Shown here in pieces: positions 4,521 through 14,600 of a stretch of 25,346 nt of DNA. The notes under the pieces are model-generated. The model was not told where the DNA came from. It saw only the letters and a program-made list of their open reading frames with translations, and did no database searches. This DNA is from a virus (lineage: Duplodnaviria; Caudoviricetes), in IMG/VR virus record IMGVR_UViG_3300005805_000445, positions 1 to 25,346 of that record; one strand, written 5' to 3'. Positions within the stretch are counted from its first letter, which is position 1; each line of letters starts with the position of its first letter. The position numbers and the translations under genes are program-made.

Positions 4521-4550
4521 TTGACAAATGCATATATAGACTGATAAAAT
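4521..4550 (+). promoter_or_regulatory. sigma70-type promoter
   Basis: TTGACA(4521-4526)-N18-TAAAAT(4545-4550) with a TGn extension. Confidence 0.75.
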
Positions 4551-4574
4551 TGAGTTTGAAGGTTTATTCAACTT

Positions 4575-5342
4575 ATGGCAAAAGGATTTACTGTAAAAGC
4601 AACAGCACCAAAACCCAAAACTGAAGAATGGGATTATGATGCGATCAAAGAAAGAATGAAAGGGAAGTCAATTGTATTCTGTCTTCCTGGTCGTGGATGT
4701 TCTTTTATTTTTCTAAAGGCATTCGTACAACTTTGTTTTGATCTTGTGCAAAATGGAATGAGTATTCAGATCTCTCAAGATTACTCATCAATGGTTAACT
4801 TTGCACGTTGTAAAGTACTTGGTGCAAATGTACTTCGTGGTCCTAAGCAAGTTCCTTGGGATGGAAAACTGGAGTATGATTACCAACTGTGGATTGACTC
4901 TGATATCGTTTTTGATTCACAAAAGTTCTGGCAACTCTGTGATGTGGCACTCCCTGCTGAAGAGGAAGAGCGTGAAATCGTCGCAGGTTGGTATGCTACT
5001 GAGGATGGTCACACAACCTCTGTCGCACACTGGTTGGAGGAAGATGATTTCCGTAAGAACGGTGGTGTGATGAATCACGAAACCGTGGAGTCAATCTCCA
5101 AGCGTAGAAAGCCTTTCACAGTGGATTACACTGGTTTCGGTTGGGTACTGATTAAGAAGGGTGTCTTTGAGAATCTCGAATATCCTTGGTTTGCTCCGAA
5201 GATGCAAGTCTTTGAATCTGGTGCAGTTCAGGATATGTGCGGCGAAGATGTCTCGTTCTGTCTTGATGCAAAAGAGCAAGGACTTGAGATCTGGTGCGAC
5301 CCTCGTATTCGTGTGGGTCATGAGAAAACTCGTATTATTTGA
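4575..5342 (+). CDS. glycosyltransferase-like protein (GT-A fold, DxD), cyanomyovirus-conserved
   Basis: YDYQLWIDSDIVF (DxD), VDYTGFGWVLIKKGVFE, GEDVSFC and RVGHEK are typical GT-A/GT2-like motifs. Confidence 0.8.
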   Translation: MAKGFTVKATAPKPKTEEWDYDAIKERMKGKSIVFCLPGRGCSFIFLKAFVQLCFDLVQNGMSIQISQDYSSMVNFARCKVLGANVLRGPKQVPWDGKLEYDYQLWIDSDIVFDSQKFWQLCDVALPAEEEEREIVAGWYATEDGHTTSVAHWLEEDDFRKNGGVMNHETVESISKRRKPFTVDYTGFGWVLIKKGVFENLEYPWFAPKMQVFESGAVQDMCGEDVSFCLDAKEQGLEIWCDPRIRVGHEKTRII

Positions 5343-5354
5343 TGGAGAAGATTT

Positions 5355-5498
5355 ATGGCAAAAGGTGGAAGCAATAAGGTACTTTTTGAACCCGGAGCAC
5401 CAAAGAAGACTCGGCAAGGGCGATCTCCTCGTACATTACTGAGTGCAACATCTCGCAATGGACGTAAGAAAAAGTATAGGGGTCAAGGAAAAGGTTAA
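5355..5498 (+). CDS. small highly basic protein (47 aa, C-terminal KKYRGQG motif)
   Basis: Manual translation MAKGGSNKVLFEPGAPKKTRQGRSPRTLLSATSRNGRKKKYRGQGKG*; GGAG SD at 5344-5347; terminator follows. Confidence 0.85.
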   Translation: MAKGGSNKVLFEPGAPKKTRQGRSPRTLLSATSRNGRKKKYRGQGKG

Positions 5499-5507
5499 TA
5501 ATATTCT

Positions 5508-5540
5508 AGAGTGCTTAAATAGGTTAAGCACTCTTTTTTT
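5508..5540 (+). terminator. Rho-independent terminator overlapping a late-promoter core
   Basis: 11-bp stem agagtgcttaa/ttaagcactct plus a T-run; TAAATA at 5516-5521. Confidence 0.85.
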
Positions 5541-6050
5541 ATGACTGAAAAAGAAAAGCATATTTTTAATTGGATACATGAAGTATCTAAAGTAAGACCA
5601 GAGTTAAATGGTTTTGCGATTTGTCCGTTTGCAGCAAAGTCAAAATATCACATCTTAGAGTGCTCTGCAATCTCCATTACCCCGATTGAAGGTATGGATG
5701 TGGTCATTTATGTCATTGAAGATCATTTTAATCTTAATGATGTTCAGAAGTGGGTTGAGATTTGCAACTCAAAGTATAAAGGTTGGAAGTTTTTTGAAGA
5801 TTGTGGGTCATATGATACCTTTATAAATGGAGTTCAAACCAATAATGGCAAATATAATCTCATATTAGGACAACCAAGAGAAAAATTAAGAAAGTTTAGA
5901 GAAAATCTATCCAAAACCGAATATTATGATATGTGGGATGATGAATATTTGAGAGAAATACTTGAAGACGACTATGATATAATGGAAAAACGGGATAGCA
6001 ACCCCGTAAAAAGTTCTGATTTAACAAATCAGGGGCAAAACAATGACTAA
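5541..6050 (+). CDS. hypothetical protein (169 aa, CPFA motif)
   Basis: ORF track. Confidence 0.75.
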   Translation: MTEKEKHIFNWIHEVSKVRPELNGFAICPFAAKSKYHILECSAISITPIEGMDVVIYVIEDHFNLNDVQKWVEICNSKYKGWKFFEDCGSYDTFINGVQTNNGKYNLILGQPREKLRKFRENLSKTEYYDMWDDEYLREILEDDYDIMEKRDSNPVKSSDLTNQGQNND

Positions 6051-6300
6051 ACAAGTCGATAAAGACCAAAATTTCATGAAAAATGAGTGGGGAACTCAAT
6101 ATTTGGCAAGTGAGTATGGTTGGGACACACAAATTCAGAAGCAAAAGATGCTTCGTGAGATAGCAAATGATGATTTAACACCCAAAAAGCACGATTTTCA
6201 TCACCAAAATGAAATTCATGAAAAAATTCGCAATGATGAAGACTATGATGATTGGGAATATGGAACAGAACCACTATATGAAGTTAAAAATCCCGAATAA
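6043..6300 (+). CDS. acidic cyanophage-type hypothetical protein (85 aa)
   Basis: ORF track; DEDYDDWEYGTEP motif; 8-nt overlap with the upstream ORF. Confidence 0.8.
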   Translation: MTKQVDKDQNFMKNEWGTQYLASEYGWDTQIQKQKMLREIANDDLTPKKHDFHHQNEIHEKIRNDEDYDDWEYGTEPLYEVKNPE

Positions 6301-6303
6301 ATA
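6296..6303 (+). promoter_or_regulatory. T4-type (gp55) late promoter
   Basis: AATAAATA 21 nt upstream of the gp25 ATG. Confidence 0.75.
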
Positions 6304-6324
6304 AGATAGATTTTATAATATTAC

Positions 6325-6726
6325 ATGCCTTTAGAAAGGGTAAGTCAAGGTTTTAAGGATATTAGTATGACTTTTCAGGTTAATCCCCTGAACTCAGATC
6401 TTATTGCGATCAAAAATGAAACTGCTATTGCACGTTCTATCCGAAACATTGTTTTTACCCTTCCTGGAGAGAAGTTTTTTAACGAAAACTTCGGATCTAA
6501 CATTTCAAAGTCACTTTTTGAGAATATAGATGAAATTTCGGCATCTATTATTGTTGATGAAATCAGGCAATCAATAGGAAATTATGAACCAAGAGTTAGT
6601 TTGATTGATGTACAAGCATATCCAGATTATGATAACAACTCTTTTGATGTTACGATAATATATCAGGTTATAGGAGCGGATGTTCCAGCACAGCAACTAC
6701 AATTCGTCTTGCAAGCAACTAGATAA
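6325..6726 (+). CDS. gp25: baseplate wedge subunit gp25
   Basis: AIARSIRNIVFTLPGEKFFNENFGS and NYEPRV are GPW/gp25 motifs; lies directly before gp6. Confidence 0.93.
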   Translation: MPLERVSQGFKDISMTFQVNPLNSDLIAIKNETAIARSIRNIVFTLPGEKFFNENFGSNISKSLFENIDEISASIIVDEIRQSIGNYEPRVSLIDVQAYPDYDNNSFDVTIIYQVIGADVPAQQLQFVLQATR

Positions 6727-8652
6727 ATGCCACTAGTAAATTTCACCAATCTGGACTTCGACCAGATAAAAGTCACACTTAGAGATTACCTTAAGGCAAA
6801 CTCTAACTTCACAGATTATGATTTTGAGGGGTCAAACCTTTCAACTATTCTCGATGTTCTGGCATATAACACTTATATAACCTCATATAATGCAAACATG
6901 GTTGCAAATGAGGTTTTTATTGATAGTGCCACGCTTAGAGAAAATGTAGTTGCCCTAGCAAGAAACATTGGTTATGTACCAAGATCAAGAAAGGCAGCAA
7001 AAGCAACAGTAACTTTCTTTGTAGATACAACCAATATTACACCATCACCAGCATCATTAACCTTAAGGAAAGGTGTAGTTGCTACTTCTTCCGGTGCATT
7101 TGGTAATCAATCATTTGTCTTTTCGATTTTGGAAGATGTTACTGTTCCAGTCTTCGATGGAATAGCAACTTTTGACAATTTAACTATTCATGAAGGCGTA
7201 CTTCTAACAAACAACTTTACCTATACTGCAAGAAATCCAAATCAAAGATATATTCTTCCAAATGCTGGAATTGATACGGAACTCATATCAGTAACTGTTA
7301 GGAATAATGAGCAAGCTACTGCTATAGTTAAATATGCTTTCCAAGATAGTCTTTTCAATATTGATGGAAACTCAAAAGTTTATTTCCTCCAAGAAATTGA
7401 AGATGAGCGTTATGAACTCATTTTTGGTGATGGATATTTTGGCAAAAAGTTAGAAGAAGGTAACTTTATAACAGCAAACTACATCATCTCAAATGGCGAT
7501 AGCGCAAATGGAGTTAATCAGTTTAGTTTTTCTGGTAGAATAACTTATACAAGAAACTCCATTGAATACACAGTTTCTTCGGGTATTTCTCTTGCCACGA
7601 CTGTTCTCCCATCTACTGGGGGAGAAAACATAGAAACGGTTGAATCTATTAAAAAGTATGCCCCAAGAATTTATGCATCTCAAAATAGAGCTTTAACAGC
7701 AAATGATTTCGAAACCTTGATTCCATCAAGAATATATCCAGAAACAGAATCTATCTCAGTATTTGGTGGAGAGGATCTAATTCCCCCACAATACGGAAAA
7801 GTATTCATAAGCATAAAACCAAGATTTGGTGATTTTATTCCCAATCTTGAGAAAGAGAGTATAAAGTTAAAGTTGAAAAAATATGCGGTTGCAGGAATAG
7901 TCCCTGAGATACTAGATTTGAAATACCTCTATATCGAAACAAACTCCAGGGTATATTACAACACAAATCTAGCTCCAAGTTCTGCTTATGTTTCGAGTAC
8001 GATTCAGTCAAATGTAACAAAATACGCAGAGTCAACAGAACTTAATCGTTATGGTGCAAGGTTTAAGTATAGTAAATATCTGAAGTTGATAGATGATAGT
8101 CATGAATCTATTACTTCAAACATTACAACTCTTCAAATGAGAAGAGATTTGAGAGTAGTTTTGAACACCATTGCAGAATATCAGATTGGATTTGGTAATG
8201 AATTTCATATTGATAGTATGAGTGGATATAATGTCAAATCATCTGGATTTAAAATCTCTGGATTATCACAAACAGTATATCTATCAGATATACCAAATAC
8301 GGATAGATTAACTGGATCTTTATTCTTATTTACAGTAGATTCTGTAAATTCAACATCTCCAACTGTTTTGAGAAGAAATATTGGTAGGATTGACTACAAA
8401 AATGGAATTATTACCATTAACCCCATCAATATTTTATCTGGAAAGATAAAAGACGGGCAAACCATCATTGAAGTTTCTACAACTCCTAAGTCAAATGATG
8501 TTGTCGGAAAACAGGATCTTTATTTGCAACTAGATATTAATAACAGTGTTTTTGATATGGTTGTTGATGAAATTGCATCTGGATTGGATCCTTCGGCATC
8601 AAACTACATAGTATCTTCAAGCTACAACAACGGGAACCTAGTAAGATCATAA
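6727..8652 (+). CDS. gp6: baseplate wedge subunit gp6
   Basis: LDFDQIK...FTDYDFEGSNLSTILDVLAYNTY...EVFIDSATLRENVVALARNIGYVPRS; ASQNRALTANDF; 641 aa, similar in size to T4 gp6. Confidence 0.95.
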   Translation: MPLVNFTNLDFDQIKVTLRDYLKANSNFTDYDFEGSNLSTILDVLAYNTYITSYNANMVANEVFIDSATLRENVVALARNIGYVPRSRKAAKATVTFFVDTTNITPSPASLTLRKGVVATSSGAFGNQSFVFSILEDVTVPVFDGIATFDNLTIHEGVLLTNNFTYTARNPNQRYILPNAGIDTELISVTVRNNEQATAIVKYAFQDSLFNIDGNSKVYFLQEIEDERYELIFGDGYFGKKLEEGNFITANYIISNGDSANGVNQFSFSGRITYTRNSIEYTVSSGISLATTVLPSTGGENIETVESIKKYAPRIYASQNRALTANDFETLIPSRIYPETESISVFGGEDLIPPQYGKVFISIKPRFGDFIPNLEKESIKLKLKKYAVAGIVPEILDLKYLYIETNSRVYYNTNLAPSSAYVSSTIQSNVTKYAESTELNRYGARFKYSKYLKLIDDSHESITSNITTLQMRRDLRVVLNTIAEYQIGFGNEFHIDSMSGYNVKSSGFKISGLSQTVYLSDIPNTDRLTGSLFLFTVDSVNSTSPTVLRRNIGRIDYKNGIITINPINILSGKIKDGQTIIEVSTTPKSNDVVGKQDLYLQLDINNSVFDMVVDEIASGLDPSASNYIVSSSYNNGNLVRS

Positions 8653-8653
8653 A

Positions 8654-11600
8654 ATGACAGAAAAAAGAGTACAATTCAAAGATATCGTTAAGAATCAACT
8701 GCCCCAATATGTGAAGGAGGAATTCCCATTAGTTGGTGAGTTCTTAAGTCAGTACTATTTGGCACAAGAATTCCAAGGTGCTCCCGTTGATTTAATACAA
8801 AATATTGACAAATATATTAAAGTTGATGCTGTAACTAATCTTACAGATTTCACATTACTTGGATCAGATATATCTTCAATTGATACTGAAATAACTGTAG
8901 ATCTTTTAAACTCAGAAAAAGGAACCGATGGGTTTCCCGAAAAATATGGGTTAATTTCCATTGATAATGAACTCATACTATATGAGTCAAAGACCTTAAA
9001 TGGTTTTAGTAACTGTTATAGGGGATTTAGTGGTGCAGTTTCATATAAAAATACAAATGTAGGTATAGCATCCACTTATAAACTCCGTTCTTTCGATGAA
9101 CTAATATTTAAGGATTCTGATTCAGATCCACACACCTCCGGGACAAAAATCTATAACTTAAGTTCTTTATTCTTAAAAGAGTTTCTTATTAAGTTAAAGT
9201 ATCAGTTAACCCCTGGATTTGAAAATAGATCTTTCACTGAAGGCATACAGGAATCTACATTAATTAAGCAACTAAAGGATTTTTATAAGAGTAAAGGAAC
9301 CGATCAATCATTTGAGATTCTTTTTAAATCTCTTTATGGAGAACAAGTCAAGGTATTAAGACCAAAAGATGTTCTCTTTAGACCATCTGATGCTCAATAT
9401 AAGATAACCAATGATTTAGTAGTAGAAAAAATATCTGGTCCCGTAGAAGAACTTCCAAATCTAACTCTATTTCAAAATACTTACCAAAATATACCTGAGG
9501 CATATGGTCCTATAACTGAAATAGAAAATGTAGTATCTGATGATGGAAAGGTATTTTATAAACTAAAAATAGATGGTGGATATAATAGAGATCCTGCATT
9601 TGATGGCGCAATTTATGGAAAGTTCTCTGTACATCCAAAAACAAGAACTATTGGCAGATATGAACCAACATCTGTCACTTTAGATGTGGATTCCACTGTT
9701 GGATTTCCATCAAGTGGAGAAGTTGTTGTAACTTATCAAGATGGGGAAAGTGGAATAGTTTCATATTCTTCCAAAAATCTAACTCAATTCTTAGGTTGTA
9801 CTAATATAACCGATGTTATACTGGACAACTCAATAGTTGGTGTCAACACTTATGCAAGTGCAGTAACAGGTTTTGGTACTGAAATTAAAGTTAGAATCAA
9901 CTCGATTTTAAGTGGTGTAGATTGGCCCGAAGATTCACATTATTATAGTAAAGAAGATACTGCAAGAATAAAAACCCTAGGATTTGATGGAGAAGATGTC
10001 AAATCTAAACATTGGGTGTTTAATATTTCACCGACGTATGAAGTAGAATCCTACACTCTCGTAGATTTTTCTGACCAAACGTATTCTCTAACATTAAAAA
10101 ATAATCATGTCTTTAGACTTGGTGATAAAATTGAGATCATTGATAGTTCGGGAAATATAAAGGATTCTACCGTTGTTGATGTATTTTCAAGTAAGAATAT
10201 TTCTATCAGCGGGCAAGGTCCTTTAAATGACGATTTTTATAAGGTAAAAAGGAATCTTTTAAAAGCAAATCTATCAAATTTCAATCTACCAAATTCACTA
10301 ACAGCAAATGTACAGAATGTTTATCGTGATGAAGAAAAGGCTTTAGTTGCATCATCTTCCCTACCATATTATCCAAATCAGTCTTTAGATATAAACAACA
10401 GATCAGTAACTTTTTCTGGAACTTTCAGTGGAAGTACATTTAAAATAACATCTCTGGTAGATCATGGATTCTATACTGGTGATTGTGTTTATTATTCTCC
10501 AGAAAAAACTACAGTATCAACACTAGATGCTGATGGAAATGAGCAAGTAGAAACTGTGGTTTCTTCTTCACTTTTTGGAGAAGGGTATTATTTTATAAAA
10601 AGAGTAGATGCTAATCAAGTAAAATTTGCAAGAAGCAGATCTGATATTTTATATGGGAAATATTTGTCTCTTGAAAATTCTACTACCATTAATAACAATA
10701 CTTTAACTCCATATGAGTTTTATGACAAAACTATAAACACACAAAAACTTTTTAGGGAAGTTTCTCCACCAATCGTAACAACAGAAAAATACGAAACTCC
10801 TCACGGGTTTACTGGGATTCTGGTAAATGGTGTTGAAATTTTAAACTACAAGTCAAGGGATAAAGTAATCTATGGTCCTATAGAAAAGGTAGATGTTTTA
10901 TCCAATGGTTCTGGATATGATATCATTAATCCACCACAGCTGGTAATATCAGATTCAGTTGGTTCAGGTGCCACTGGATATTGTGCAGTATCTGGATCTT
11001 TACAAGAAATAAGAATAATTGATCCTGGATTTGACTATCAAGAAGTCCCAACAATAAAAATAACAGGTGGTAATGGTACTGGGGCTCAAGCAAGATCCAA
11101 CATGAAAGTTATTTCTCATGAAGTTACTTTTAACTCTGAAGTTCAATCGGGATTGGTTGGGTTGGGTAGTGCAGTATCCACGATAGGATTTTCTACAGAT
11201 CATAAGTTCAAAAATGGTGAGGAAGTAATATACAGAACATATTCACAAACTGCCGTTGGTGGATTGTCTACAGATGCCGTTTATTATGTTTCTAGAAAAT
11301 CATCCACATCAATAAAGTTGCATAGAACACTAAATGATTCAATCATTGGTGTCAATACAGTATCTTTGACAAGTTATGGTTCGGGCAATCACGTATTTGA
11401 ATCAACTACGAAGAAACTTGCTCTAGCTTCTGTAACTATTGTAAACTCTGGATTTGGATATCAAAATAAAAAGAGATCAGTTTCTTCTTCGGGAATAAGC
11501 ACATCATTAGATATTATCACTATAGAAGATCATGATTTTTCTTCTGGAGAAATCGTACAATATTCCACAACAGGATCTGCTATCGGAGGTCTGACTAATA

Positions 11601-14600
11601 ATGCAAATTATTATGTGACAAAAGTTGATAATGATAGATTTAGATTATCTCAAGTTTCTTCTGGGTCCTCTGATTATTTTTATCAAACAAAACAATATGT
11701 AGATCTTACATCGAAAAATGATTCGGTCCACTATTTCAATTATACGCCTATTAGTGTTGAACTAATTGGAAACGTAGGATTATCTTCAGAGTATAAGGCA
11801 CAGATTCAACCAATCTTTAGAGGAGAAATCACTTCAGTAAACTTAGAGTCTAAAGGTTCTTCATATGGTGTTGATGATATTTTAAATGTAGACAGACAAC
11901 CATTGTTTACAACAATATCCGGATCCAATGCAGAACTACATCCAATTATATTAAATGGACAAATAAAAGAAGTTTTAGTTAATAATGTAGGAAAAAATTA
12001 CACATCTTCTCCAGATCTAATTGTCACTGGTTCTGGATTTGGTGCCGTTTTAACTCCCATTCTATCAAACAATCAGATTATTGAGGTTAAAGTAATATCT
12101 GGCGGATCTGGGTATTCACAAAACTCTACTCAAATTGTTGCGGTACATACAGGTAGTGGAGCGAACTTTAACGCAAGAATAAAAACTTGGACCGTTAATA
12201 ACTTCCAAAAGTATATTAATAACATTACTAAAGATGATGGATTTTTGACTAATGGTTTGAACCCTAATTTTGAACTTCAGTATACTCACATATATGCCCC
12301 AAGAAAGTTAAGGGAGATTCTATACTCAGTAGATCAAGGAGGAAACACTCTATACTCAAACTCCGATTTGAGAATTTCGAATAATGCAGAAATACCTTCA
12401 ACAGATCATTCTCCAATAATAGGATGGGCATACGATGGACATCCCATTTATGGTCCATATGGATATTCAACAAAATCTGGTGGATCAGTTTCTCAACTAA
12501 AGAGTGGGTATAAGATATCTCTCAATTCACATAGACCTTCTTTACAGTACTATCCAGAAGGATTCTTTATTGAAGATTATAAGTATTATCCAAATGTAGA
12601 TGATACAGTACTTGATGAAAATAATGGAAGATTTTGCGTAACTCCGGAGTTCCCAAATGGAACTTATGCATATTTTGCAACTATTGATGATTCTTCGGTA
12701 GAATCTTCAGGACCTTTTGTCGGATATAAAAAACCAATATTCCCATACTTAATTGGTAAAAGTTATAACTCCAAACCAAATGAGTTTAACTTCAAGAGAT
12801 CTTCAAACCAAGATGAAATTGATTTAAATCAAACTAACTGGATTAGAAGTACATATTCATACAATCTTACTGAAAATGAGTCTACTTATGAATACATTAC
12901 ATTACCAAATAGATTAAATCAAACGATTGATATCACAGGAGTATCACCAGGATCAATTGATAGGATAGGTATCTTCAGTGGTGGTGATGGATATAAAGTC
13001 AATGATCCGTTAGTATTTAATAATATTGATACTAATGGAAAGGTAAGAGGAAATGCACTGTCCGCTGTTGTTTCGGGGTTATCTGGAAAAACAGTATCTA
13101 ATATCAGTGTTGCAAGTTCAACATTATATGATGTTGAGATCTATCCGTCAAAAAATAAAGGAGATTATGTTGTATACAACTTAACTCCACATAATTTCAA
13201 AAACTTTGATTTGGTTTCAATATCAGGATTAAGCACAACATCATCTCTGATCGAAGGAAATTATATTGCGGGAATTCAAACTCACAAACTATCTCTAGTA
13301 GGAGTTGGTACAACAACGGTTGGTATAGCGTCAGTTGGGATCACTGGAATAGTCACTTACATCTCGGTAAGGGGAAATCTTGATTTCTCAAACATTAGAG
13401 ATAACGATGTATTCACAATCAATAGCGAAAAGATAAAAGTTCTGAATGTTGATACTATATCATCAAGATTAAGAATCTTGAGACAGGTTAATGGAACAGT
13501 TGGAACTTCACATTCGGTCACTTCTGTTTTATACGAAGATCCAAGAAAAGTAATCATTAAGGCAGGATTTAATACGGAATATTCATATTCCGTAAATAGA
13601 CAAATTTATTTCAACCCTAAAGATTCAGTTGCCTTGGGCACAAGTGCAGCGGTGGGTGTAGGAACTACTATCTCATTCTCAAATCCAGGTGCTGGAGTAA
13701 CTCAAATTTTTGCTCCAAACAGATCCATATACTTACCAAACCACAACCTTAATACAAATGATGTATTGACTTATGAAACTAATGGCGGAAGTCCAATTGT
13801 AATATCTTATACTGGAATAGGTACAACAACACTTGCTACGAACTCTTCACTGTATGCAGCAAAAATAAGTAATGATTTGATTGGATTATCGACTGTTGCT
13901 GTTGGTCTAGGATCTACAGGATTCTTCTCTGGACTAACGACTAGTACAGGTCTCTTGTATTTTGTTGGGATTGGAACTGGAACAAATCATAGTTTTAAAA
14001 CAAACTATTCAGTCTTAACCGGACAAATATCTAGAAATACAGTAACTGTTTCCACAGCACAAACTCATGGTCTTTCAAATGATGATGTAGTTGAGATTGA
14101 TGTAAACCCTTCAATTTCAACATCTTTTGTTGTTAAGTATGATGATTACAATAGAAAACTAGTAATAAATCCAAAAACATTTACAGCATCTGATATAGAT
14201 GTAACTACTAATTCTATTACTATTTCAAATCATGGACTTAATAGTGGACAAAAGGTAATCCACACTTCACCATCACCATCTTCTGGACTAGTAAATGAAG
14301 GCATCTACTATATTGTTTTTGTTGACAAAAATACAATAAAACTATCAGATAGTTACTTTAACTCAAAGAATAAAAAACCATCTATTGTTGATATTACATC
14401 TGCATCTTTAGGAACTATTTCTCCAGTTAATCCTCCACTGGAGTTATATAAGGATTCTATAGTGACATTTGATCTTTCCGATTCTTCATTATCATATGTT
14501 TATCAATCAATAAGATATCCTGCTTTTAGACTTGAGATTTATAAAGATCCTTTATTTAAAAATATTTTTGATTCTTCTGAAAAATCAAGAACTTTTAATG

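Noticed and set aside
4801-6274. Track ORFs 4801..5070, 5091..5417, 5161..5442, 5896..6144 and 6074..6274
   Set aside because: Alternate-frame or antisense overlaps of well-supported genes.
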